Below, piece by piece: positions 27,801 to 42,000 of a stretch of 64,000 nt of DNA (its first letter is position 1; every line of letters begins with the position of its first letter). The DNA is from Tubulanus polymorphus (taxonomy: Eukaryota > Animalia > Nemertea). The notes beneath the pieces were generated by a model. That model searched no databases. It saw nothing but the letters and a program-made list of their open reading frames with translations, and was not told the origin of the DNA. The DNA is taken from NCBI RefSeq assembly GCF_964204645.1, contig NC_134031.1, forward strand, positions 21,360,017-21,424,016, read 5' to 3'. Both the position numbers and the translations under genes were made by a program.

Positions 27801-30800
27801 GATAGGTTGAAAGAATCAGAATTTTCTGGCTGCTTTTGGTTCTGAAGATGATGGATTCAATCTGAAAAGATGTGTTAAGGCGTATTGAACTGATTTCAAA
27901 TAGATAGGTGGAAAGATTAAGAATTTTCTGGCTATTTATGCTCCTGAAGATGATGGACTCGATCTGAAATGATAGGTTAAGGTAGACTGAACTGATTTCG
28001 AGTAGATGGACTGAAAGATACAGATTTTTCTTGCAAAATAGGGTCCTAAAGATGATGAGTTCTATCTTAATTGATGGGTTAGGGTGTACTGAACTGATTT
28101 CAAATAGATAGGTGGAAAGAATCAGAATTTTCTGGCTGCCTTTGGTTCTGAAGATGATGGACTCAATCTGAAAAGATGGGCTAAGGCGTATTGAACTGAT
28201 TTCAAATAGATAGGTGGAAAGATTAAGAATTTTCTGGCTATTTATGCTCCTGAAGATGATGGACTCGATCTGAAATGATAGGTTAAGGTAGACTGAACTG
28301 ATTTCGAGTAGATGGACTGAAAGATACAGATTTTTCTTGCAAAAAAGGGTCCTAAAGATGATGAGTTCTATCTTAATTGATGGGTTAGGGTGTACTGAAC
28401 TGATTTCAAATAGATAGGTGGAAAGATTAAGAATTTTCTGGCTATTTATGCTCCTGAAGATAATGGACTCGATCTGAAATGATAGGTTAAGGTAAACTGA
28501 ACTGATTTCGAGTAGATGGACTGTAAGATACAGATTTTTCTTGCAAAATAGGGTCCTAAAGATGATGAATTCTATCTTAATTGATGGGTTAGGGTGTACT
28601 GAACTGATTTCAAATAGATAGGTTGAAAGAATCAGAATTTTATGGCTGCTTTTGGTTCTGAAGATGATGGATTCAATCTGAAAAGATGTGTTAAGGCGTA
28701 TTGAACTGATTTCAAATAGATAGGTGGAAAGATTAAGAATTTTCTGGCTATTTATGCTCCTGAAGATGATGGACTCGATCTGAAATGATAGGTTAAGGTA
28801 GACTGAACTGATTTCGAGTAGATGGACTGAAAGATACAGATTTTTCTTGCAAAATAGGGTCCTAAAGATGATGAGTTCTATCTTAATTGATGGGTTAGGG
28901 TGTACTGAACTGATTTCAAATAGATAGGTTGAAAGAATCAGAATTTTCTGGCTGCTTTTGGTTCTGAAGATGATGGACTCAATCTGAAAAGATGGGTTAA
29001 GGCGTATTGAACTGATGTCAAATAGATAGGTGGAAAGATTAAGAATTTTCTGGCTATTTATGCTCCTGAAGATGATGGACTCGATCTGAAATGATAGGTT
29101 AAGGTAGACTGAACTGATTTCGAGTAGATGGACTGAAAGATACAGATTTTTCTTGCAAAATAGGGTCCTAAAGATGATGAATTCTATCTTAATTGATGGG
29201 TTAGGGTGAACTGAACTGATTTCAAATAGATGGGTGGAAAGAATCAGAATTTTCTGGCTGCCTTTGGTTCTAAAGATGATGGACTCAATCTGAAAAGATG
29301 GGCAAAGGCGTATTGAACTGATTTCAAAGAGATAGGTGGAAAGATTAAGAATTTTGTGGCTATTTATGCTCCTGAAGATGATGGACTCGATCTGAAATGA
29401 TAGGTTAAGGTAAACTGAACTGATTTCGAGCAGATGGACTGAAAGATACAGATTTTTCTTGCAAAATAGGGTCCTAAAGATGATGAGTTCTATCTTAATT
29501 GATGGGTTAGGGTGTACTGAACTGATTTCAAATAGATAGGTGGAAAGATTAAGAATTTTCTGGTTATTTATGCTCCTGAAGATGATGGACTCGATCTGAA
29601 ATGATAGGTTAAGGTAAACTGAACTGATTTCGAGTAGATGGACTGAAAGATACAGATTTTTCTTGCAAAATAGGGTCCTAAAGATGATGAGTTCAATCTT
29701 AATTGATGGGTTAGGGTGTACTGAACTGATTTCAAATAGATAGGTGGAAAGATTAAGAATTTTCTGGTTATTTATGCTCCTGAAGATGATGGACTCGATC
29801 TGAAATGATAGGTTAAGGTAAACTGAACTGATTTCGAATAGATGGACTGAAAGATACAGATTTTTCTTGCAAAATAGGGTCCTAAAGATGATGAATTCTA
29901 TCTTAATTGATGGGTTAGGGTGAACTGAACTGATTTCAAATAGATAGGTTGAAAGAATCAGAATTTTCTTGCTGCCTTAGGTTCTGAAGATGATGGACTC
30001 AATCTGAAAAGATGGGTTAAGGCGTATTGAACTGATTTCAAATAGATAGGTGGAAAGATTAAGAATTTTCTGGCTATTTATGCTCCTGAAGATGATGGAC
30101 TCGATCTGAAATGATAGGTTAAGGTAAACTGAACTGATTTCGAGTAGATGGACTGAAAGATACAGATTTTTCTTGCAAAATAGGGTCCTAAAGATGATGA
30201 ATTCTATCATAATTGATGGGTTAGGGTGTACTGAACTGATTTCAAATAGATAGGTTGAAAGATTAAGAACTTTCTGGCTGCTTTTGGTTCTGAAGATGAT
30301 GGATTCAATCTGAAAAGATGGGTTAAGGCGTATTGAACTGATTTCAAATGGATAGGTGGAAAGATTAAGAATTTTCTGGCTATTTATGCTCCTGAAGATG
30401 ATGGACTCGATCTGAAATGATAGGTTAAGGTAAACTGAACTGATTTCGAGTAGATGGACTGAAAGATACAGATTTTTCTTGCAAAATAGGGTCCTAAAGA
30501 TGATGAATTCTATCTTAATTGATGGGTTAGGGTGAACTGAACTGATTTCAAATAGATAGGTGGAAAGAATCAGAATTTTCTGGCTGCCTTTGGTTCTGAA
30601 GATGATGGACTCAATCTGAAAAGATGGGCAAAGGCGTATTGAACTGATTTCAAATAGATAGGTGGAAAGATTAAGAATTTTCTGGCTATTTATGCTACTG
30701 AAGATGATGGACTCGATCTGAAATGATAGGTTAAGGTAGACTGAACTGATTTCGAGTAGATGGACTGAAAGATACAGATTTTTCTTGCAAAAAAAGGTCC

Positions 30801-32150
30801 TAAAGATGATGAGTTCTATCTTAATTGATGGGTTAGGGTGTACTGAACTGATTTCAAATAGATAGGTGGAAAGATTAAGAATTTTCGGGCTATTTATGCT
30901 CCTGAAGATGATGGACTCGATCTGAAATGATAGGTTAAGGTAAACTGAACTGATTTCGAATAGATGGACTGAAAGATACAGATTTTTCTTGCAAAATAGG
31001 GTCCTAAAGATGATGAATTCTATCTTAATTGATGGGTTAGGGTGTACTGAACTGATTTCAAATAGATAGGTTGAAAGAATCAGAATTTTCTGGCTGCTTT
31101 TGGTTCTGAAGATGATGGATTCAATCTGAAAAGATGGGTTAAGGCGTATTGAACTGATTTCAAATGGATAGGTGGAAAGATTAAGAATTTTCTGGCTATT
31201 TATGCTCCTGAAGATGATGGACTCGATCTGGAATGATAGGTTAAGGTAAACTGAACTGATTTCGAGTAGATGGACTGAAAGATACAGATTTTTCTTGCAA
31301 AATAGGGTCCTAAAGATGATGAGTTCTATCTTAATTGATGGGTTAGGGTGTACTGAACTGATTTCAAATAGATAGGTTGAAAGAATCAGAATTTTCTGGC
31401 TGCTTTTGGTTCTGAAGATGATGGATTCAATCTGAAAAGATGGGTTAAGGCGTATTGAACTGATGTCAAATAGATAGGTGGAAAGATTAAGAATTTTCTG
31501 GCTATTTATGCTCCTGAAGATGATGGACTCGATCTGAAATGATAGGTTAAGGTAGACTGAACTGATTTCGAGTAGATGGACTGAAAGATACAGATTTTTC
31601 TTGCAAAATAGGGTCCTAAAGATGATGAATTCTATCTTAATTGATGGGTTAGGGTGAACTGAACTGATTTCAAATAGATGGGTGGAAAGAATCAGAATTT
31701 TCTGGCTGCCTTTGGTTCTGAAGATGATGGACTCAATCTGAAAAGATGGGCTGAGGCGTATTGAACTGATTTCAAATAGATAGGTGGAAAGATTAAGAAT
31801 TTTCTGGCTATTTATGCTCCTGAAGATGATGGACTCGATCTGAAATGATAGGTTAAGGTAAACTGAACTTATTTCGAGTAGATGGACTGAAAGATACAGA
31901 TTTTTCTTGCAAAATAGGGTCCTAAAGATGATGAATTCTATCTTAATTGATGGGTTAGGTTGTACTGAACTGATTTCAAATAGATAGGTTAAAAGAATCA
32001 GAATTTTCTGGCTGCTTTTGGTTCTGAAGATGATGGATTCAATCTGAAAAGATGTGTTAAGGCGTATTGAACTGATTTAAAATAGATAGGTGGAAAGATT
32101 AAGAATTTTCTGGCTATTTATGCTCCTGAAGATGATGGACTCGATCTGAA
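21900..32150. repeat. Tandem duplication, offset 5202 bp (51 monomers)
   Basis: CTGGAATGA 22051/27253, GACTGTAAG 23322/28524, ORF marker 24775/29977, GCTACTGAA ~25492/30694, TTAGGTTGTAC ~26753/31955. Confidence 0.88.
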
Positions 32151-33099
32151 ATGATAGGTTAAGGTAGACTGAACTGATTTCGAGTAGATGGACTGAAAGA
32201 TACAGATTTTTCTTGCAAAATAGGGTCCTAAAGATGATGAGTTCTATCTTAATTGATGGGTTAGGGTGTACTGAACTGATTTCAAATAGATAGGTGGAAA
32301 GATTAAGAATTTTCTGGCTGCCTTTGGTTCTGAAGATGATGGACTCAATCTGAAAAGATGGGCTAAGGCGTATTGAACTGATTTCAAATAGATAGGTGGA
32401 AAGATTAAGAATTTTCTGGCTATTTATGCTCCTGAAGATGATGGACTCGATCTGAAATGATAGGTTAAGGTAAACTGAACTGATTTCGAGTAGATGGACA
32501 GAAAGATACAGATTTTTCTTGCAAAACAGGGTCCTAAAGATGATGAATTCTATCTTAATTGATGGGTTAGGGTGTACTGAACTGATTTCAAATAGATTGG
32601 TTGAAAGATTAAGAACTTTCTGGCTGCTTTTGGTTCTGAAGATGATGGATTCAATCTGAAAAGATGGGTTAAGGCGTATTGAACTGATTTCAAATGGATA
32701 GGTGGAAAGATTAAGAATTTTCTGGCTATTTATGCTCCTGAAGATGATGGACTCGATCTGAAATGATAGGTTAAGGTAAACTGAACTGATTTCGAGTAGA
32801 TGGACTGAAAGATACAGATTTTTCTTGCAAAATAGGGTCCTAAAGATGATGAATTCTATCTTAATTGATGGGTTAGGGTGAACTGAACTGATTTCAAATC
32901 GATAGGTGGAAAGAATCAGAATTTTCTGGCTGCCTTTGGTTCTGAAGATGATGGACTCAATCTGAAAAGATGGGCTAAGGCGTATTGAACTGATTTCAAA
33001 TAGATAGGTGGAAAGATTAAGAATTTTCTGGCTATTTATGCTCCTGAAGATGATGGACTCGATCTGAAATGATAGGTTAAGGTAGACTGAACTGATTTC

Positions 33100-36000
33100 G
33101 AGTAGATGGACTGAAAGATACAGATTTTTCTTGCAAAATAGGGTCCTAAAGATGATGAGTTCTATCTTAATTGATGGGTTAGGGTGTACTGAACTGATTT
33201 CAAATAGATAGGTTGAAAGAATCAGAATTTTCTGGCTGCTTTTGGTTCTGAAGATGATGGATTCAATCTGAAAAGATGGGTTAAGGCGTATTGAACTGAT
33301 GTCAAATAGATAGGTGGAAAGATTAAGAATTTTCTGGCTATTTATGCTCCTGAAGATGATGGACTCGATCTGAAATGATAGGTTAAGGTAGACTGAACTG
33401 ATTTCGAGTAGATGGACTGAAAGATACAGATTTTTCTTGCAAAATAGGGTCCTAAAGATGATGAATTCTATCTTAATTGATGGGTTAGGGTGAACTGAAC
33501 TGATTTCAGATAGATGGGTGGAAAGAATCAGAATTTTCTGGCTGCCTTTGGTTCTGAAGATGATGGACTCAATCTGAAAAGATGGGCTGAGGCGTATTGA
33601 ACTGATTTCAAATAGATAGGTGGAAAGATTAAGAATTTTCTGGCTATTTATGCTCCTGAAGATGATGGACTCGATCTGAAATGATAGGTTAAGGTAAACT
33701 GAACTGATTTCGAGTAGATGGACTGAAAGATACAGATTTTTCTTGCAAAATAGGGTCCTAAAGATGATGAATTCTATCTTAATTGATGGGTTAGGTTGTA
33801 CTGAACTGATTTCAAATAGATAGATTAAAATAATCAGAATTTTCTAACTGCTTTTGGTTCTGAAGATGATGGATTCAATCTGAAAAGATGTGTTAAGGCG
33901 TATTGAACTGATTTAAAATAGATAGGTGGAAAGATTAAGAATTTTCTGGCTATTTATGCTCCTGAAGATGATGGACTCGATCTGAAATGATAGGTTAAGG
34001 TAGACTGAACTGATTTCGAGTAGATGGACTGAAAGATACAGATTTTTCTTGCAAAATAGGGTCCTAAAGATGATGAGTTCTATCTTAATTAATGGGTTAG
34101 GGTGAACTGAACTGATTTCAAATAGATAGGTGGAAAGATTAAGAATTTTCTGGCTGCCTTTGGTTCTGAAGATGATGGACTCAATCTGAAAAGATGGGCC
34201 AAGGCGTATTGAACTGATTTCAAATAGATAGGTGGAAAGATTAAGAATTTTCTGGCTATTTATGCTCCTGAAGATGATGGACTCGATCTGAAATGATAGG
34301 TTAAGGTAAACTGAACTGATTTCGAGTAGATGGACTGAAAGATACAGATTTTTCTTGCAAAATAGGGTCCTAAAGATGATGAATTCTATCTTAATTGATG
34401 GGTTAGGGTGTACTGAACTGATTTCAAATAGATAGGTTGAAAGATTAAGAACTTTCTGGCTGCTTTTGGTTCTGAAGATGATGGATTCAATCTGAAAAGA
34501 TGGGTTAAGGCGTATTGAACTGATTTCAAATGGATAGGTGGAAAGATTAAGAATTTTCTGGCTATTTATGCTCCTGAAGATGATGGACTCGATCTGAAAT
34601 GATAGGTTAAGGTAAACTGAACTGATTTCGAGTAGATGGACTGAAAGATACAGATTTTTCTTGCAAAATAGGGTCCTAAAGATGATGAATTCTATCTTAA
34701 TTGATGGGTTAGGGTGAACTGAACTGATTTCAGATAGATGGGTGGAAAGAATCAGAATTTTCTGGCTGCCTTTGGTTCTGAAGATGATGGACTCAATCTG
34801 AAAAGATGGGCTGAGGCGTATTGAACTGATTTCAAATAGATAGGTGGAAAGATTAAGAATTTTCTGGCTATTTATGCTCCTGAAGATGATGGACTCGATC
34901 TGAAATGATAGGTTAAGGTAAACTGAACTGATTTCGAGTAGATGGACTGAAAGATACAGATTTTTCTTGCAAAATAGGGTCCTAAAGATGATGAATTCTA
35001 TCTTAATTGATGGGTTAGGTTGTACTGAACTGATTTCAAATAGATAGATTAAAATAATCAGAATTTTCTAACTGCTTTTGGTTCTGAAGATGATGGATTC
35101 AATCTGAAAAGATGTGTTAAGGCGTATTGAACTGATTTAAAATAGATAGGTGGAAAGATTAAGAATTTTCTGGCTATTTATGCTCCTGAAGATGATGGAC
35201 TCGATCTGAAATGATAGGTTAAGGTAGACTGAACTGATTTCGAGTAGATGGACTGAAAGATACAGATTTTTCTTGCAAAATAGGGTCCTAAAGATGATGA
35301 GTTCTATCTTAATTAATGGGTTAGGGTGAACTGAACTGATTTCAAATAGATAGGTGGAAAGATTAAGAATTTTCTGGCTGCCTTTGGTTCTGAAGATGAT
35401 GGACTCAATCTGAAAAGATGGGCTAAGGCGTATTGAACTGATTTCAAATAGATAGGTGGAAAGATTAAGAATTTTCTGGCTATTTATGCTCCTGAAGATG
35501 ATGGACTCGATCTGAAATGATAGGTTAAGGTAAACTGAACTGATTTCGAGTAGATGGACTGAAAGATACAGATTTTTCTTGCAAAATAGGGTCCTAAAGA
35601 TGATGAATTCTATCTTAATTGATGGGTTAGGGTGTACTGAACTGATTTCAAATAGATAGGTTGAAAGATTAAGAATTTTCTGGCTGCTTTTGGTTCTGAA
35701 GATGATGGATTCAATCTGAAAAGATGTGTTAAGGCGTATTGAACTGATTTCAAATAGATAGGTGGAAAGATTAAGAATTTTCTGGCTATTTATGCTCCTG
35801 AAGATGATGGACTCGATCTGAAATGATAGGTTAAGGTAGACTGAACTGATTTCGAGTAGATGGACTGAAAGATACAGATTTTTCTTGCAAAATAGGGTCC
35901 TAAAGATGATGAATTCTATCTTAATTGATGGGTTAGGGTGTACTGAACTGATTTCAAATAGATAGGTTGAAAGAATCAGAATTTTCTGGCTGCTTTTGGT

Positions 36001-39000
36001 TCTGAAGATGATGGATTCAATCTGAAAAGATGTGTTAAGGCGTATTGAACTGATTTCAAATAGATAGGTGGAAAGATTAAGAATTTTCTGGCTATTTATG
36101 CTCCTGAAGATGATGGACTCGATCTGAAATGATAGGTTAAGGTAGACTGAACTGATTTCGAGTAGATGGACTGAAAGATACAGATTTTTCTTGCAAAATA
36201 GGGTCCTAAAGATGATGAATTCTATCTTAATTGATGAGTTAGGGTGTACTGAACTGATTTCAAATAGATAGGTTGAAAGAATCAGAATTTTCTGGCTGCT
36301 TTTGGTTCTGAAGATGATGGATTCAATCTGAAAAGATGTGTTAAGGCGTATTGAACTGATTTCAAATAGATAGGTGGAAAGATTAAGAATTTTGTGGCTA
36401 TTTATGCTCCTGAAGATGATGGACTCGATCTGAAATGATAGGCTAAGGTAGACTGAACTGATTTCGAGTAGATGGACTGAAAGATACAGATTTTTCTTGC
36501 AAAATAGGGTCCTAAAGATGATGAGTTCTATCTTAATTGATGGGTTAGGGTGAACTGAACTGATTTCAAATAGATAGGTGGAAAGAATCAGAATTTTCTG
36601 GCTGCCTTTGGTTCTGAAGATGATGGACTCAATCTGAAAAGATGGGCTAAGGCGTATTGAACTGATTTCAAATACATAGGTGGAAAGATTAAGAATTTTC
36701 TGGCTATTTATGCTCCTGAAGATGATGGACTCGATCTGAAATGATAGGTTAAGGTAAACTGAACTGATTTCGAGTAGATGGACTGAAAGATACAGATTTT
36801 TCTTGCAAAATAGGGTCCTAAAGATGATGAATACTATCTTAATTGATGGGTTAGGGTGTACTGAACTGATTTCAAATAGATAGGTTGAAAGAATCAGAAT
36901 TTTCTGGCTGCTTTTGGTTCTGAAGATGATGGATTCAATCTGAAAAGATGTGTTAAGGCGTATTGAACTGATTTCAAATAGATAGGTGGAAAGATTAAGA
37001 ATTTTCTGGCTATTTATGCTCCTGAAGATGATGGACTCGATCTGAAATGATAGGTTAAGGTAAACTGAACTGATTTCGAGTAGATGGACTGAAAGATACA
37101 GATTTTTCTTGCAAAAAAGGGTCCTAAAGATGATGAGTTCTATCTTAATTGATGGGTGTACTGAACTGATTTCAAATAGATAGGTTGAAAGAATCAGAAT
37201 TTTCTGGCTGCTTTTGGTTCTGAAGATGATGGATTCATTCTGAAAAGATGTGTTAAGGCGTATTGAACTGATTTCAAATAGATAGGTGGAAAGATTAAGA
37301 ATTTTCTGGCTATTTATGCTCCTGAAGATGATGGACTCGATCTGAAATGATAGGTTAAGGTAGACTGAACTGATTTCGAGTAGATGGACTGAAAGATACA
37401 GATTTTTCTTGCAAAATAGGGTCCTAAAGATGATGAGTTCTATCTTAATTGATGGGTTAGGGTGTACTGAACTGATTTCAAATAGATAGGTTGAATGAAT
37501 CAGAATTTTCTGGCTGCTTTTGGTTCTGAAGATGATGGATTCAATCTGAAAAGATGGGTTAAGGCGTATTGAACTGATGTCAAATAGATAGGTGGAAAGA
37601 TTAAGAATTTTCTGGCTACTTATGCTCCTGAAGATGATGGACTCGATCTGAAATGATAGGTTAAGGTAGACTGAACTGATTTCGAGTAGATGGACTGAAA
37701 GATACAGATTTTTCTTGCAAAATAGGGTCCTAAAGATGATGAATTCTATCTTAATTGATGGGTTAGGGTGTACTGAACTGATTTCAAATAGATAGGTTGA
37801 AAGATTAAGAACTTTCTGGCTGCTTTTGGTTCTGAAGATGATGGATTCAATCTGAAAAGATGGGTTAAGGCGTATTGAACTGATTTCAAATGGATAGGTG
37901 GAAAGATTTAGAATTTTCTGGCTATTTATGCTCCTGAAGATGATGGACTCGATCTGAAATGATAGGTTAAGGTAAACTGAACTGATTTCGAGTAGATGGA
38001 CTGAAAGATACAGATTTTTCTTGCAAAATAGGGTCCTAAAGATGATGAATTCTATCTTAATTGATGGGTTAGGGTGAACTGAACTGATTTCAAATAGATA
38101 GGTGGAAAGAATCAGAATTTTCTGGCTCCCTTTGGTTCTGAAGATGATGGACTCAATCTGAAAAGATGGGCTAAGGCGTATTGAACTGATTTCAAATAGA
38201 TAGGTGGAAAGATTAAGAATTTTCTGGCTATTTATGCTCCTGAAGATGATGGACTCGATCTGAAATGATAGGTTAAGGTAAACTGAACTGATTTCGAGTA
38301 GATGGACTGAAAGATACAGATTTTTCTTGCAAAATAGGGTCCTAAAGATGATGAATTCTATCTTAATTGATGGGTTAGGGTGTACTGAACTGATTTCAAA
38401 TAGATAGGTTGAAAGAATCAGAATTTTCTGGCTGCTTTTGGTTCTGAAGATGATGGATTCAATCTGAAAAGATGGGTTAAGGCGTATTGAACTGATTTCA
38501 AATGGATAGGTGGAAAGATTTAGAATTTTCTGGCTATTTATGCTCCTGAAGATGATGGACTCGATCTGAAATGATAGGTTAAGGTAAACTGAACTGATTT
38601 CGAGTAGATGGACTGAAAGATACAGATTTTTCTTGCAAAATAGGGTCCTAAAGATGATGAATTCTATCTTAATTGATGGTTTGGGTGAACTGAACTGATT
38701 TCAAATAGATAGGTGGAAAGAATCAGAATTTTCTGGCTGCCTTTGGTTCTGAAGATGATGGACTCAATCTGAAAAGATGGGCTAAGGCGTATTGAACTGA
38801 TTTCAAATAGATAGGTGGAAAGATTAAGAATTTTCTGGTTATTTATGCTCCTGAAGATGATGGACTCGATCTGAAATGATAGGTTAAGGTAAACTGAACT
38901 GATTTCGAATAGATGGACTGAAAGATACAGATTTTTCTTGCAAAATAGGGTCCTAAAGATGATGAGTTCTATCTTAATTGATGGGTTAGGGTGTACTGAA

Positions 39001-42000
39001 CTGATTTCAAATAGATAGGTGGAAAGATTAAGAATTTTCGGGCTATTTATGCTCCTGAAGATGATGGACTCGATCTGAAATGATAGGTTAAGGTAAACTG
39101 AACTGATTTCGAATAGATGGACTGAAAGATACAGATTTTTCTTGCAAAATAGGGTCCTAAAGATGATGAATTCTATCTTAATTGATGGGTTAGGGTGTAC
39201 TGAACTGATTTCAAATAGATAGGTTGAAAGAATCAGAATTTTCTGGCTGCTTTTGGTTCTGAAGATGATGGATTCAATCTGAAAAGATGTGTTAAGGCGT
39301 ATTGAACTGATTTCAAATAGATAGGTGGAAAGATTAAGAATTTTCTGGCTATTTATGCTCCTGAAGATGATGGACTCGATCTGAAATGATAGGTTAAGGT
39401 AGACTGAACTGATTTCGAGTAGATGGACTGAAAGATACAGATTTTTCTTGCAAAATAGGGTCCTAAAGATGATGAGTTCTATCTTAATTGATGGGTTAGG
39501 GTGTACTGAACTGATTTCAAATAGATAGGTTGAAAGAATCAGAATTTTCTGGCTGCTTTTGGTTCTGAAGATGATGGATTCAATCTGAAAAGATGGGTTA
39601 AGGCGTATTGAACTGATGTCAAATAGATAGGTGGAAAGATTAAGAATTTTCTGGCTATTTATGCTCCTGAAGATGATGGACTCGATCTGAAATGATAGGT
39701 TAAGGTAGACTGAACTGATTTCGAGTAGATGGACTGAAAGATACAGATTTTTCTTGCAAAATAGGGTCCTAAAGATGATGAATTCTATCTTAATTGATGG
39801 GTTAGGGTGAACTGAACTGATTTCAGATAGATGGGTGGAAAGAATCAGAATTTTCTGGCTGCCTTTGGTTCTGAAGATGATGGACTCAATCTGAAAAGAT
39901 GGGCTGAGGCGTATTGAACTGATTTCAAATAGATAGGTGGAAAGATTAAGAATTTTCTGGCTATTTATGCTCCTGAAGATGATGGACTCGATCTGAAATG
40001 ATAGGTTAAGGTAAACTGAACTGATTTCGAGTAGATGGACTGAAAGATACAGATTTTTCTTGCAAAATAGGGTCCTAAAGATGATGAATTCTATCTTAAT
40101 TGATGGGTTAGGTTGTACTGAACTGATTTCAAATAGATAGATTAAAATAATCAGAATTTTCTAACTGCTTTTGGTTCTGAAGATGATGGATTCAATCTGA
40201 AAAGATGTGTTAAGGCGTATTGAACTGATTTAAAATAGATAGGTGGAAAGATTAAGAATTTTCTGGCTATTTATGCTCCTGAAGATGATGGACTCGATCT
40301 GAAATGATAGGTTAAGGTAGACTGAACTGATTTCGAGTAGATGGACTGAAAGATACAGATTTTTCTTGCAAAATAGGGTCCTAAAGATGATGAGTTCTAT
40401 CTTAATTAATGGGTTAGGGTGAACTGAACTGATTTCAAATAGATAGGTGGAAAGATTAAGAATTTTCTGGCTGCCTTTGGTTCTGAAGATGATGGACTCA
40501 ATCTGAAAAGATGGGCCAAGGCGTATTGAACTGATTTCAAATAGATAGGTGGAAAGATTAAGAATTTTCTGGCTATTTATGCTCCTGAAGATGATGGACT
40601 CGATCTGAAATGATAGGTTAAGGTAAACTGAACTGATTTCGAGTAGATGGACTGAAAGATACAGATTTTTCTTGCAAAATAGGGTCCTAAAGATGATGAA
40701 TTCTATCTTAATTGATGGGTTAGGGTGTACTGAACTGATTTCAAATAGATAGGTTGAAAGATTAAGAACTTTCTGGCTGCTTTTGGTTCTGAAGATGATG
40801 GATTCAATCTGAAAAGATGGGTTAAGGCGTATTGAACTGATTTCAAATGGATAGGTGGAAAGATTAAGAATTTTCTGGCTATTTATGCTCCTGAAGATGA
40901 TGGACTCGATCTGAAATGATAGGTTAAGGTAAACTGAACTGATTTCGAGTAGATGGACTGAAAGATACAGATTTTTCTTGCAAAATAGGGTCCTAAAGAT
41001 GATGAATTCTATCTTAATTGATGGGTTAGGGTGAACTGAACTGATTTCAGATAGATGGGTGGAAAGAATCAGAATTTTCTGGCTGCCTTTGGTTCTGAAG
41101 ATGATGGACTCAATCTGAAAAGATGGGCTGAGGCGTATTGAACTGATTTCAAATAGATAGGTGGAAAGATTAAGAATTTTCTGGCTATTTATGCTCCTGA
41201 AGATGATGGACTCGATCTGAAATGATAGGTTAAGGTAAACTGAACTGATTTCGAGTAGATGGACTGAAAGATACAGATTTTTCTTGCAAAATAGGGTCCT
41301 AAAGATGATGAATTCTATCTTAATTGATGGGTTAGGTTGTACTGAACTGATTTCAAATAGATAGATTAAAATAATCAGAATTTTCTAACTGCTTTTGGTT
41401 CTGAAGATGATGGATTCAATCTGAAAAGATGTGTTAAGGCGTATTGAACTGATTTAAAATAGATAGGTGGAAAGATTAAGAATTTTCTGGCTATTTATGC
41501 TCCTGAAGATGATGGACTCGATCTGAAATGATAGGTTAAGGTAGACTGAACTGATTTCGAGTAGATGGACTGAAAGATACAGATTTTTCTTGCAAAATAG
41601 GGTCCTAAAGATGATGAGTTCTATCTTAATTAATGGGTTAGGGTGAACTGAACTGATTTCAAATAGATAGGTGGAAAGATTAAGAATTTTCTGGCTGCCT
41701 TTGGTTCTGAAGATGATGGACTCAATCTGAAAAGATGGGCTAAGGCGTATTGAACTGATTTCAAATAGATAGGTGGAAAGATTAAGAATTTTCTGGCTAT
41801 TTATGCTCCTGAAGATGATGGACTCGATCTGAAATGATAGGTTAAGGTAAACTGAACTGATTTCGAGTAGATGGACTGAAAGATACAGATTTTTCTTGCA
41901 AAATAGGGTCCTAAAGATGATGAATTCTATCTTAATTGATGGGTTAGGGTGTACTGAACTGATTTCAAATAGATAGGTTGAAAGATTAAGAATTTTCTGG

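Noticed and set aside
2233-30210. Eight near-identical 77-aa ORFs as a multicopy small-gene family
   Set aside because: Each is defined by one K>M SNP and one K>stop SNP in continuous repeat sequence, with no distinct promoter, RBS, UTR or intergenic context.
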